DNA of 64,000 nt from a bacterium (GTDB lineage Bacteria > UBA8248 > JACPRG01 > G963555815). The DNA is taken from the NCBI GenBank assembly GCA_965218795.1, contig OZ244653.1:2496001-2560000 (forward strand), written 5' to 3'. A program made the position numbers and the translations under genes. Under the pieces are notes generated by a model, which searched no databases, was not told where the DNA came from, and worked only from the letters and a program-made list of their open reading frames with translations. Position 1 is the first letter of the stretch. Every line of letters starts with the position of its first letter. Positions 40,326-50,297 of this stretch are shown piece after piece.

Positions 40326-40394
40326 CGGTGCATCCGGGCGGGGACTTCTCTTTCGTGCTGGTGTTCGCCCGGTTCGCGGGGAACGCGGCCGGCG

Positions 40395-41030
40395 TCAGCG
40401 CTTTCGGCCGCGGCCGGGTTGGCCGGCCTCTCCCGTCAGGCCGGGCAAGACCGCAACCTTCTCGGATTCTTCGACGTAACGGACAAAAAGATATTTATCC
40501 TCGATCCCGTCGGTGAGCTTGTTGGGTAAGCCCTCTTCGGTTCCGGCTTCGATCTTGGCCACGATAAAGTGATGCCGGTCGGTGGTGAGGACTTCGTCCG
40601 CTGCTTCGCGCATCTCGCCCAAGCTCCGTACGCTCCGGGCCTCCGGAATTCCAGCTCCCAAGGCCATTCCCGCGATATCGAACTCGCCCGACGTGTGGCT
40701 GGGCATCCCGCCATTGCACTCGTACATCTCGTTGTCGAATACGATCACGCTCAGGTTCTTCGGCCGCCGGTTCGCCAGGGTGGCCAGGACGCCCAGGTTC
40801 AACAGGACGCTACCGTCCGTATCCAGGCAAATGACCCTCCGGTGGGGCAGGCCCAGCGCGACGCCGAGCGCGAGGGGGATATGGCAGCCGAGGGCCATCA
40901 GGTATAGATTGGCTCCCTTGGGCTCGGGCCGCGCGTTGAACCACTCGTTCTGGATTCCTCCGAGGGAAACGATGCAGAGTTCCTCCTTCAACCGGTCGGC
41001 GATGACCTTCAACGCTTCGTACCGCTTCAT
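40395..41030 (-). CDS. comE: TPP-dependent decarboxylase beta subunit (sulfopyruvate/phosphonopyruvate decarboxylase type)
   Basis: MKRYEAL, LALGVALG, DTDGSVLLNLG...DNEMY (TPP-binding motif); ATGA overlap with the alpha subunit. Confidence 0.8.
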   Translation of the reverse strand: MKRYEALKVIADRLKEELCIVSLGGIQNEWFNARPEPKGANLYLMALGCHIPLALGVALGLPHRRVICLDTDGSVLLNLGVLATLANRRPKNLSVIVFDNEMYECNGGMPSHTSGEFDIAGMALGAGIPEARSVRSLGEMREAADEVLTTDRHHFIVAKIEAGTEEGLPNKLTDGIEDKYLFVRYVEESEKVAVLPGLTGEAGQPGRGRKR

Positions 41031-41527
41031 TGCACGATCTCCCCGCTGAAAACGACCGCGACGTGATATTTCGAGTTGTCGGCCGTCTTGTAGGCGTTTC
41101 CGATGGCCCGCCGAATCTCCTCCTCCTTGCGTACGATCACGTACGGTATACGCATGGCCTGAAGGAGCGGCTCCATCGTCATCCCGTGCGGGATGGCATA
41201 CCATTGATCCTCGCCCACGTCCCCCCGGTAGCTCATCAGCATGACAACGGGAATCCCGTGGGTCAGACCCAGGCGGGAGAGCGATTCCGTCGCCACCCGA
41301 AGGCCCGAGTTTTCCATGATGATCGCGGCCCGCTTCCCCGTCAGCCAGACCCCCGCGGCGATGGAGGCGCCCTCTCCCTCGTTCGTCACGGGGACGTGCT
41401 CGAAATCGGCATCCGAGGAAACCTTCTCGTACACCTCCTTCAGATAGGAATCCGGCAGGGTGCAAACAATGCTCACCCCGGCCTCCTTCAATCCCTGAAT
41501 GACGAGCTCCGCGCAACCCTTCTTCAT
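41027..41527 (-). CDS. comD: TPP-dependent decarboxylase alpha subunit (sulfopyruvate decarboxylase type)
   Basis: LPDSYL, VTNEGEGASIAAG, MENSG, MLMSYRGDVGE. Confidence 0.82.
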   Translation of the reverse strand: MKKGCAELVIQGLKEAGVSIVCTLPDSYLKEVYEKVSSDADFEHVPVTNEGEGASIAAGVWLTGKRAAIIMENSGLRVATESLSRLGLTHGIPVVMLMSYRGDVGEDQWYAIPHGMTMEPLLQAMRIPYVIVRKEEEIRRAIGNAYKTADNSKYHVAVVFSGEIVQ

Positions 41528-41748
41528 TTTTCACCTCGCTCGGATGGGTAGCGTCCAGACCATCTCACCCTGATCACAGGAGGATATCCAGCGGCCGGGA
41601 ACGTTGTCAATTCGAGAATACCCGACTCTACGATCTTGGGTCGCGGGTCATTTTGGAGTTATGGATTCGCGGACTGGAAATGAAACCGGCCCGGGTCCTG
41701 TCTCGAGAAACCTCGAATTCCGCCGGATGTTTTCGGCCGGGGCATCCC

Positions 41749-41895
41749 GGGGGCAACGTATCGGAGCCTGCCCCTGCACGCATTTGGCGGGGGGTCTGCC
41801 GGCGGCGGGGCATGAGCCGCAGCCAGTTCTACGAGTACAAGTACCGCTTTCACAGACCCACGGGATGGAGGGCCTGTGTGACCTGCCCCCCTGAA
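41749..41895 (+). mobile_element. Second IS481-like HTH remnant, followed by an IS3-like end (tgacctgccccc)
   Basis: GNVSE..CRRRGMSRSQFYEYKYRF, broken by indels; tgacctgcccccc at ~41879-41891. Confidence 0.65.
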
Positions 41896-42143
41896 ACCGG
41901 CTATGTGGTGTGTGAATTGACTTAAAAGCGGTACAAATTTAGGAGACAGGTCACCTCGACTCGCTTGCCTTGCAGGTTGATCACCGACACGTTACTGGCC
42001 GGCTTTCGCCTCGAACGCCCGCCTTTGGCAGGAGGGATGTGGATGCTGGCTTCTTTCGACATGTCAGGCTGCCCTTTTGGGGCTTCACCCCTGCGGTGCG
42101 GAATCTGCGAAGCCATCTGCTCCAGGGGGTCGCTTCTTACGGG

Positions 42144-43121
42144 TCACCCTTTCTTGCCGGTCCGCAGTTGGTCCGCAATGACTGCGAAGACGATGATGGC
42201 GCCGATGACGACCATCTGGAGATAAGATGATACATTGATGAGATCCAACCCGTTGGATATGAGAGCCAGTGTGATCACTCCAAGGCAGACCCCCAAAACC
42301 GTGCCTTTGCCGCCTGTGAGTGCTACACCTCCTACGACAACGGCGGCGATGGATTCCAAGCCCAAGCCCGCTCCCGTCATGGGCTCACCCGAGCCTATCC
42401 GCGACGTGATCGTCACGCCGGCGATCCCCGTCAAGGTGCCGCAAATGACATAGGACAACAGGCGATAGCCCGTTACGTTGACCCCTGAAAGTCTTGCCGC
42501 TTCCGCGTTCCCGCCGATTGCATAAAAGTACCTGCCAAAGAAAAATTTTCTGAGGAGGAGATAGGTCAAAAGGAATGCAAACGCGGCGATCAGTGTGGGG
42601 ATAGGAAAGGGTCCGATATACCGGGTCCCCATGTAAAGAAAGGATTTCGGGAGCCCGAAGATAGGTTGTCCATTTGTGATGAAGAGGCCGGCGCCGCGTG
42701 CGGCGGACATCATCGCAAGTGTTGCGACGAAAGGGGACACACGAAAGATGGAAACGACGGTGCCGTTGATCAGTCCCACCAACGCCCCGCAGAGAATCCC
42801 GGCGAGAAAACCAACGGCTGTGCCGAATTCCAACGTCACAATGGATGTAATGACGCTGACCAGCCCAACGTTGGCGCCCACGGAGATGTCGAATCCGCCA
42901 CCGAGCATCGGGAACATCTGGGCGCATGCCACGATGGCCAGGAAAGCTCCCTGGCGGCTCACGTTCTGTAGATTCGTGAACGTGGCGAATCTGGGTTGAA
43001 GAAACGCAAAAAGGAAGAACAGAAGTATGATGAATAAGGGCAAGTAGCCGACATCGCCGAAGGAAAAGAACCGTTTGCTTCGGTCCAAGAAACCCGGTTT
43101 GACCTCCGGGTGGACAGTCAC
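42144..43121 (-). CDS. Sugar-type ABC permease (RbsC-like)
   Basis: GGFDISVG, VSPFVATL, GRYFYAIGGNAEAARLSGV, LESIAAVVVGGVALTGGKG. Confidence 0.94.
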   Translation of the reverse strand: MTVHPEVKPGFLDRSKRFFSFGDVGYLPLFIILLFFLFAFLQPRFATFTNLQNVSRQGAFLAIVACAQMFPMLGGGFDISVGANVGLVSVITSIVTLEFGTAVGFLAGILCGALVGLINGTVVSIFRVSPFVATLAMMSAARGAGLFITNGQPIFGLPKSFLYMGTRYIGPFPIPTLIAAFAFLLTYLLLRKFFFGRYFYAIGGNAEAARLSGVNVTGYRLLSYVICGTLTGIAGVTITSRIGSGEPMTGAGLGLESIAAVVVGGVALTGGKGTVLGVCLGVITLALISNGLDLINVSSYLQMVVIGAIIVFAVIADQLRTGKKG

Positions 43122-44656
43122 GAGGCCGCCTCCCTCATTGGGTCGAGCCCGTGGCCGAAGGCCAGGTTCAAAATACGCCTTTGCGTGGCCTCTTCCCGTG
43201 TCAATTCCCCTGCGATGCTCCCCGCATAGAAGACCAGAATCCGGTCGGCGATAGCGAGGCATTCCGGAATCTCCGAAGAGATGAGGATGATGCCGGCCCC
43301 CTGCTGGACCAGTTCCGCAACGAATTGGTAGATTTCAGCCTTCGCGCCGATGTCGATGCCGGCCGTAGGCTGATCGAAAATGAAACACTTCGCCTGCGTA
43401 GACAGTATCTTGGCCAGAACGACCTTTTGCTGGTTTCCACCACTCAGGTTTTGAACAACCGTGTTCACAGTGGGCGCCTTGATATTCAAGCGGTGTCTGA
43501 AGTCCTCGGATATTCGTTCTTCCTCCTTATCACGGAGCCAAAAGAACCGACTCAGGCGGCGGAGGATGGAAAGGGAAATGTTCTGCCTGACGGTTAAAAT
43601 ATTGATGACCCCCTCTCGTTTTCTGTCTGATGGGATGTAGCCCAAGCCCAGACGAATTCCTCTCCGGGGGGAGCCGATCTCCACCGGTTGACCCCGTAAC
43701 CTGAGCGTTCCCTTTTCCACGGGTTCAATTCCGAAAAGCGCACGGCCCAATTCCGTCGTTCCCGAGCCCACCAGTCCCGTGAGACAAACGATCTCCCCTT
43801 CGTGCACATCGAGACTGACATCTCGAAAGAATTTTTCGCGGCTTAGATCCCTGACTTCCAACAGGGGTTTTCCAATGGGAACCTTGATCTTTGGAAACTT
43901 ATCTTTGATATCCCGACCGACCATCATTCGAATGATTTCCGTCAGCTCGACATCGGCTATCGGCATTGTCGAGATGGTCTTCCCGTCCCGGAGAACCGTT
44001 ATCCTGTCGCCTATCTCCTTTGCCTCCTCCAGGCGGTGTGAGATATAGATAACCGAAACACCGCTCGCTTTGAGACGCCGAATCAATCCAAAAAGGATCT
44101 TAACTTCACGGTCCGTCAATGCTGAGGTGGGTTCATCCAGGATCAGAATGCGGACGTCGTTGACCAGCGCCTTGGCGATGGCCACCATTTGCTGCTCGCC
44201 GATGAGAAGGTTCTGCACAAGCGCGTTCGGGTCGAGGGGGTACTCAAGCCTTTCCAGCACCTCGCGGGTTCTGGCCAACTGGGTGGATTTCGCGGTCACA
44301 AGGGGAAGGGTCGCCAGCCCTCGTTCCCGGCCGAGAAATACGTTCTCCACAACCGTAAGTTGGGGGACTAGGGGAAGCTCTTGGTAGATTGTGAAGATGC
44401 CGAGATTCTGGGCGTGACGGGGATCTCTAATTTTAACGGGCTTTTCGCCAATGAAGAGCGTTCCCTCATCCGGACGGTGTGCACCCGACAAGACCTTAAT
44501 CAACGTGGACTTGCCGGCGCCGTTTTCGCCGACAAGGACATGCACCTCACCTCTGCGAAGATCGAAGGAGATGTGTCGAAGCGCCACGACGCCCGGAAAA
44601 CGCTTCGTGATCTTCTCCGCTCTCAACTGGGCGGGAAGAGGTTCGGAATTGACCAT
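43118..44656 (-). CDS. Sugar-type ABC ATP-binding protein, double domain (RbsA-like)
   Basis: KRFPGVVAL, GENGAGKST, LDEPTSAL, YISHRL, LSGGNQQKVV, ISSE. Confidence 0.95.
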   Translation of the reverse strand: MVNSEPLPAQLRAEKITKRFPGVVALRHISFDLRRGEVHVLVGENGAGKSTLIKVLSGAHRPDEGTLFIGEKPVKIRDPRHAQNLGIFTIYQELPLVPQLTVVENVFLGRERGLATLPLVTAKSTQLARTREVLERLEYPLDPNALVQNLLIGEQQMVAIAKALVNDVRILILDEPTSALTDREVKILFGLIRRLKASGVSVIYISHRLEEAKEIGDRITVLRDGKTISTMPIADVELTEIIRMMVGRDIKDKFPKIKVPIGKPLLEVRDLSREKFFRDVSLDVHEGEIVCLTGLVGSGTTELGRALFGIEPVEKGTLRLRGQPVEIGSPRRGIRLGLGYIPSDRKREGVINILTVRQNISLSILRRLSRFFWLRDKEEERISEDFRHRLNIKAPTVNTVVQNLSGGNQQKVVLAKILSTQAKCFIFDQPTAGIDIGAKAEIYQFVAELVQQGAGIILISSEIPECLAIADRILVFYAGSIAGELTREEATQRRILNLAFGHGLDPMREAAS

Positions 44657-44681
44657 TCGGCGCAGAATCCAGGACGTGTTT

Positions 44682-45749
44682 TCAGCGAAGTGGAACTCGC
44701 CAGTTCTTCGGTGGAAATTCGTTCTCTAAATCCAGGTTCTTCAGGGTCTCCGGCGTAAAACCCTCCATCGACGCATAGATGAGTCTCGGAACGTTTTTCT
44801 CACCGTTCAGAATATGGACCCCCATCCTGACGACCGCCCGCCCCGTGAGGATCATGTGCTTTGCGATGGCATAGTGAACCTGCCCCTCTCGCATAAAGGG
44901 AACAAGGGCCTGATCAAGGCTGGAGGCGGCTATCTTGACTTTCCCCTCGCGTCCCGCCGCTCGGATGGCGTCCGCGGCGCCCGCCGTGTCGGGGAACGCC
45001 ACTCCGATCACATAGTCGATCTTGGGAAACGTCTGGAGAAGGTTTTCCATGATTTTGGTTTGAACCGAGCGGTCTTCATCCGCCCAGCGCTCAGCCAAGA
45101 TCTTGACGTTGGGATGTTGTTTCAAAACGTCGCGGGAACCACGGGAACGGTCAATCGTCCACGTGGCGCCGGCGGGTCCGCTCAGCATAGCGACATTGGC
45201 GGGTTTTCCGGCGGCATCTTTCACAATCCACTCCGCGATAATCCTCCCCATCTTGTAGTCCTCAGACAGAACGGTGGTCGTCCATGACTTCGTGTCACTG
45301 GTCTGGCCAAGATTGACGACAGGTGTCCCCTTCTTTACGACTTCGTCCGTTACAGCGACGTTCCCCTTAAAGCTGATAGGACCGGAAATAATCAGATCCA
45401 CTCCCATCTGGTGGAGGTTTTCCATCTGAGCGATTTGTTTGCTGAGGTAGGGGTAACCTCCGGCAGTCAGGATGGAGACCTTGAGTCCAAGCTCCTCCGC
45501 CTCTTTGACAAGGCCATACGCCTGATCCACCCAATACGGGTCTTTCAGGTGAGGAAAGGAAACGCCGATGTGGTATGCCTTCTTGGGTGTTGGCCGGGTG
45601 ACTTGATAAGGGAACCTTTTGCCGCTGTCGTCTACGCCCTCCCATGCAAACTCCCCGCCGGTCTTGGTTTGTCCTTGCGCGACTCCCGCAACGACAGGAA
45701 ACAGGGCAAAAAGCGACGCGAATATGACCCAAAAGATTTTCCGTCCCAT
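44682..45749 (-). CDS. TorT-like periplasmic binding protein
   Basis: Signal peptide; FPHLKDPYWVDQAYG and AGGYPYLSKQIAQ resemble the TorT N-terminal signature (PHLKDSYW...AGGY). Confidence 0.8.
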   Translation of the reverse strand: MGRKIFWVIFASLFALFPVVAGVAQGQTKTGGEFAWEGVDDSGKRFPYQVTRPTPKKAYHIGVSFPHLKDPYWVDQAYGLVKEAEELGLKVSILTAGGYPYLSKQIAQMENLHQMGVDLIISGPISFKGNVAVTDEVVKKGTPVVNLGQTSDTKSWTTTVLSEDYKMGRIIAEWIVKDAAGKPANVAMLSGPAGATWTIDRSRGSRDVLKQHPNVKILAERWADEDRSVQTKIMENLLQTFPKIDYVIGVAFPDTAGAADAIRAAGREGKVKIAASSLDQALVPFMREGQVHYAIAKHMILTGRAVVRMGVHILNGEKNVPRLIYASMEGFTPETLKNLDLENEFPPKNWRVPLR

Positions 45750-46128
45750 CTTGCACCCCCTTGATGGTTGCCTGGATGGACCAGGGATTTCTCCGATATT
45801 CCCCATGTAGATATCCGGACGACTCGAATGTTTCTTGACCTAGAATCGCCCACACAGATTTTATGGGCTGAGAGCCTGCTCCAAGTCCTCTCATTTCGGA
45901 ATCATGTAACGCTAGCAGAAGAGTCTCAAATCTGTCAAATGTTTTTTCTTTAATGTTTTTTCTTTGAGGTCTGTGAACGACAACTCCCTCTCCCGGTCGG
46001 CCTCTAAGTGACTCCTTCAACGGCTCATTGGGCAGGCGCCGCGGCTGTCGCTGAGGAGTACGCGCGCTCCCAATAATCCCCCCAGGGGGAGTCCCGGGCG
46101 CCTTTCAAATAGCGCCCTCCGTTAGGCC

Positions 46129-46781
46129 GTGTCCACGCATCGGGCCTCAGACCGGAGCGAACTGGAAGACGATTTCCGACCGGGAAACGCGATTGAGAAC
46201 ATCCCAAAAATCCGACGTTCGACGGAAAGGCCTCGAGGGGAAGGCTCTCATCCCGGGGAGGATCGTGTCTCAGTCCAAGCAAGTTGGGATCCGCCGACTG
46301 AGGTGGCCGATTCGCAGACCTGTTACGGCAGGAATACGGCTGCCAATTCCTTCGCGTGCGTCGCCGTCGTTATCGAGGTGGATACGGAAACTGGAGGGGT
46401 CCGGCTGGTAGAGATTGTCGTGGCCGACGACCTCGGCCGAGCCATCAATCCGCTCACTTTCGAGGGCCAAATCCACGGAAAAATCACTCAGGGACTCGGC
46501 TTGGCCCTATTCAAGCATCCCGCGCTGGATAGCGGGCAGTTTGTCAATGGTTACTTGGCAGATTACACCGTGCCAAAGGCGGAGGGGCTGCCGAATTTCA
46601 CCTCCATCCTTGTGGAGTCCAACGACCGAACGGCTCCATCGGCGCGAAAGGCTGCTCCGAATGCGCCTTGAACGCTTGCGGTGTTGTGATTGCCAACGCC
46701 GTCTACGATGCTGTCGGCCTCCGTTTGAAGGACCTGCCTGTTACACCCCAGAAAATCCTGAAGGGACTTCGAGAGAAATAG
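46129..46781 (+). pseudogene. C-terminal remnant of a xanthine-dehydrogenase-family Mo subunit
   Basis: EVDTETG, ADDLGRAINPLTFEGQIHG, DYTVPKAE, then after a frameshift IANAVYDAVGLRLKDLPVTPQKIL*; paralog of 31277-33565. Confidence 0.88.
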
Positions 46782-46841
46782 GGGCGACGCAGAGGAGACG
46801 GGTTGGATGCATGGAACCGCAGAAAGGTCCCGGGTGAACAC

Positions 46842-47591
46842 TCAGGTCTCCCTGGCCTTCCGAGCCTTGGCGTACTCGTCATCGCCTTCCGTCCAGATGT
46901 TGATTAGCTCGTCGCTCTTCAAGACCCGGGCGAAACCCCGCCGCAAAGTGCGGATGGTGGACTCGTGGGCGTAGGGGTTGTCAGAAGAGACGCAGTCCTC
47001 GACAAACACGACGTGGTATTGCTTGAAGTATGCGGTGCGCGCCGTGGACTCACAGCAGAAGTTGGTCACCGTTCCGCAGACGACGCAGGTCTTCGTTCCG
47101 TGGTCGCGCAAGACATAGTCCAGATCGGTCCCGGCAAACGCGTCGTAGTTGTGCTTGCTGTCGATGATGCGCTCCCCCGCCTGTGGGGAGATTTCCGGAT
47201 AAATTTGAATTCCCTCGGAACCCTCAATCAGGGCGCCATCGCGGTGCGCATCCGAGAACTCGCGGAAATCGGCATAGCAGTCGGCGTTGAAGGTGATGGC
47301 GGTGTAGATGACCGGGACGCCAAGCCGGCGAGCGGCCTCGATCAACCTCTTGTTTCGGGGGATCTGCCGCAGGGCCTCGGGAATCCAGATGGGCGAGTTC
47401 GGGACGATGAAGTCGTTTTGGAGGTCCACCACAATGAGGGCGCACTCTTCCTTCAGGATCTCGAAAGCGTGATGCCGGTCGGTGTTGTAGTCTCCGTGCA
47501 AATTTTCGATGAGCTCCTTTTCTCCTTCGAAAAGCTCATCCGGCGTTCTGCCGAAGGTCTTCAGAAAGTCATTCACGACGTTTCCGCTCAT
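46842..47591 (-). CDS. Isochorismatase-family cysteine hydrolase
   Basis: ALIVVDLQNDF, KHNYDAFAGTDL, GTVTNFCCESTAR (D-K-C triad). Confidence 0.92.
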   Translation of the reverse strand: MSGNVVNDFLKTFGRTPDELFEGEKELIENLHGDYNTDRHHAFEILKEECALIVVDLQNDFIVPNSPIWIPEALRQIPRNKRLIEAARRLGVPVIYTAITFNADCYADFREFSDAHRDGALIEGSEGIQIYPEISPQAGERIIDSKHNYDAFAGTDLDYVLRDHGTKTCVVCGTVTNFCCESTARTAYFKQYHVVFVEDCVSSDNPYAHESTIRTLRRGFARVLKSDELINIWTEGDDEYAKARKARET

Positions 47592-47795
47592 CTGTGCCGA
47601 CCTCCTTATCAGGTTCGAAGCCTAGCTGCCTTCCTTGCCGCTGGTGCATGGAGTGGAGACGGGTAGATTACCCCACCTCCGGGTCAACCGCCGGACAGGG
47701 ATGTTGGAATGTGAGACCTGACCCTATCCGTGCGCAGGAACACAAATCGAAGATAGAAGGTCTGGTAAAACTTCGTAGATCATGGAAAGGAGGTC

Positions 47796-48488
47796 TCATA
47801 CCCCCAGGTATCTGGACTGAATGTCCTCCCGCTGCTTCAGCTGATTAGGCGGACCTTCAAATACAACCGATCCCTTGCTCAGGACATAGGCATAGTCGGC
47901 CACCTCGAGGGCCAGGGACAAGTCCTGCTCTACAAGCAGAATGGATTGCTTCTCCTTTTTCAGTCTTATGAGGGCTTGGGCGACTTGTTCCACGAGAAGG
48001 GGTGCCAATCCTTCGGTTGGTTCATCCATGAGGAGCAAATCAGGGTTGGTCATCAACGCGCGCGCAATGGACAGCATGGACTGCTCCCCGCCGGATAAGG
48101 TTTTGGCCCTCTGGCGCTTTCGCTCCAACAATCGAGGGAACAGCTCATAGACCCTGCCCAAGTCCCAGTCCCCGCCGCCGCGTTCCATGCCCAGGGTCAG
48201 ATTTTCGAGGACGGTGAGGGAGCCGAAGATCCGCCGCCCTTGGGGGACAATGCTAATACCCTGCTTGGCAATCTCATATGCGGGCCTGCCGGAAATGTCT
48301 TTACCCTTGTAGAAGATTGTTCCTCGGCGGGGGCGCGCGAATCCGACGATGGAACGAATCGTAGTGGTCTTTCCCGCCCCGTTTCTTCCCAATAGTGTAA
48401 CGACCTGTTCCGCGGCCACAGCCAGAGACACCCCCTGAAGCACGTAGCTATCGCCGTAATAGGTGTGAATGTCCCGGACTTCAAGCAT
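47796..48488 (-). CDS. livF: ABC ATP-binding protein, LivF type
   Basis: MLEVRDIHTYYG, GRNGAGKTT, LSGGEQ, DEPTEGLAP. Confidence 0.94.
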   Translation of the reverse strand: MLEVRDIHTYYGDSYVLQGVSLAVAAEQVVTLLGRNGAGKTTTIRSIVGFARPRRGTIFYKGKDISGRPAYEIAKQGISIVPQGRRIFGSLTVLENLTLGMERGGGDWDLGRVYELFPRLLERKRQRAKTLSGGEQSMLSIARALMTNPDLLLMDEPTEGLAPLLVEQVAQALIRLKKEKQSILLVEQDLSLALEVADYAYVLSKGSVVFEGPPNQLKQREDIQSRYLGV

Positions 48489-48493
48489 TCGCG

Positions 48494-50293
48494 TTACCTC
48501 GCTTGGCGACCCAGGTAGATTCTCCGGACTTCCGGATTGATTCGGATTTCTTCCGTGGTTCCTTCCGCCAGTTTTTCCCCGTGGTGAAAGACCAGAATCT
48601 TCTCGGCGACCTGGAAGGCTACATCCATGTCGTGCTCGATGATGAGGACGGTAATCTCCCGGTGCAGGGAACGGATCATCTCGACAATCGGGCCGACCTC
48701 GGCAGCGGAGAGCCCCGCGGTCGGTTCGTCGAGCAGGAGGACCTTTGGTTCGAGCGCCAGCGCCATGACCACTTCGAGTTGACGCTGGTGGCCATAAGAG
48801 AGGTGCCGGACCTCGACCTCGCGTGCGTTCCAAAGTCCAATTTGCTCCAACCAAACCCGGGCTTCCTGATTGACTACGTCAAGACGGTGCACCGCTCTGT
48901 GCATCCTGAACTTGATTCCTTTGAAGCTGATAAGGGACAGTCGCAAGTTGTCCAGCACCGTAAGGGTGGGAAACAGGTTCGTAATCTGATACGTTCGGCC
49001 CAGGCCCAAGCCGGCGCGCTGGTACGCCGGGAGCCGGGTGATGTCTCGTCCAAAAAGCAGAATCCGTCCTCCCGTTGGCCGCAGCGAGCCACTGATGAGA
49101 TGAAACAGTGTTGTCTTACCCGCGCCGTTGGGCCCCAGAATCCCAACCCGTTCGCCCGCGCGGACTTCCAGTGAGGCGTCCTTGACGGCCGATAGTCCCC
49201 CGAAGTTTTTCGAGATATCCTCAAGCTGGAGAACTGAATTCCCCTCTGTCGTTCTCCCATTGGACCCCTGGAGTTTTGGGGCGATTGGGTCAGGTTGAAT
49301 CAGTTGGGTGATTCCCTCGGCAGATTCGATCGGAATATCCAACGCCGGCAAATCGTTTCCTGTAGACTTCCGGCGTCTGGCACTGATCCAGCCCATGATG
49401 CCGTCGGGGGCGTATAGCACGGTGAAGATAAAGATAGCCCCTAAGACAATCAGCCAACGCTCGATGTAGATGCTCAGGAAATTCCGGAGGGCGACTATCA
49501 CTACGGCCCCGATGATAGGTCCAACCAGCGTCCCGGTTCCCCCCAGGATGACCATCAGGATCGCCTCGGCTGAGAGCGCAAGGGAAAGGTCCAGTGGGCT
49601 CACGAATCCATTGTAATAGGCGCTCATGACCCCTGCGCATCCGGCGAAGAGGCCGCAAACCACGAAGGCGATATATTTATGGAGCCATACGTTATACCCC
49701 AGCACCCGCATCCTCGATTCACTATCGCGAAGCCCTTGAAGGGATAGTCCAAATGGAGAGCGGACAAGGAGATACATAGGCACCGCCGCAACGAAGAACA
49801 GAACCAGGGCCAGGTAATAAAAACTGAGTGTGGTGCTAACGGCGGCGAAGGGCCGGGGGATGTCAGGCAAGCCGTTATAACCGCCGGTGAACGAGCCCCA
49901 ACGGTTGGCGACGCCCCAGAGGATCTCACCCAAAGCCAGCGTGATGAGCATGAAGTAAAGGCCGATCGTTCTTAACGCGACAAGCCCGAAAAGGGCGCCT
50001 GTCAGGGTACACAGGGCCAGGGCGATTGGGACCGCCCCCCACCATGGGAAGCCGCCTCGCACGGCAAGCAATCCTGCCGTGTAGGCCGCGACACCGAAGA
50101 AGGCCGCATGACCCAGAGAAGGCAGTCCGGCATACCCCATCAGGATGTCCAGGCTCATGGCAAAGATGGAGAAAATAACCATCAGGACCAGGATGTGGAC
50201 GTAGAAAGAGGGCAGCCACGGGGGGAGAACGACGGTGGCCACCAACAATCCGAAGGTGACGCCCATCCGCTTCTTGTCCCAGAGTGCGCGCAT
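48494..50293 (-). CDS. Fused LivM permease-LivG ATPase
   Basis: N-terminal SLGHAAFFG, SPFG.SLQG TM domain; C-terminal GPNGAGKTT, LSYGHQRQLE, LLDEPTAG. Confidence 0.93.
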   Translation of the reverse strand: MRALWDKKRMGVTFGLLVATVVLPPWLPSFYVHILVLMVIFSIFAMSLDILMGYAGLPSLGHAAFFGVAAYTAGLLAVRGGFPWWGAVPIALALCTLTGALFGLVALRTIGLYFMLITLALGEILWGVANRWGSFTGGYNGLPDIPRPFAAVSTTLSFYYLALVLFFVAAVPMYLLVRSPFGLSLQGLRDSESRMRVLGYNVWLHKYIAFVVCGLFAGCAGVMSAYYNGFVSPLDLSLALSAEAILMVILGGTGTLVGPIIGAVVIVALRNFLSIYIERWLIVLGAIFIFTVLYAPDGIMGWISARRRKSTGNDLPALDIPIESAEGITQLIQPDPIAPKLQGSNGRTTEGNSVLQLEDISKNFGGLSAVKDASLEVRAGERVGILGPNGAGKTTLFHLISGSLRPTGGRILLFGRDITRLPAYQRAGLGLGRTYQITNLFPTLTVLDNLRLSLISFKGIKFRMHRAVHRLDVVNQEARVWLEQIGLWNAREVEVRHLSYGHQRQLEVVMALALEPKVLLLDEPTAGLSAAEVGPIVEMIRSLHREITVLIIEHDMDVAFQVAEKILVFHHGEKLAEGTTEEIRINPEVRRIYLGRQAR

Positions 50294-50297
50294 GGCC

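Noticed and set aside
40395-41534. 379-aa ORF suggesting a fused ComDE
   Set aside because: Its N-terminal half is an off-frame reading of the alpha gene; alpha and beta are separate with an ATGA overlap at 41027-41030
47796-48854. N-terminally extended LivF (352 aa)
   Set aside because: The extension overlaps the livM-livG gene out of frame; the plausible start is 48488
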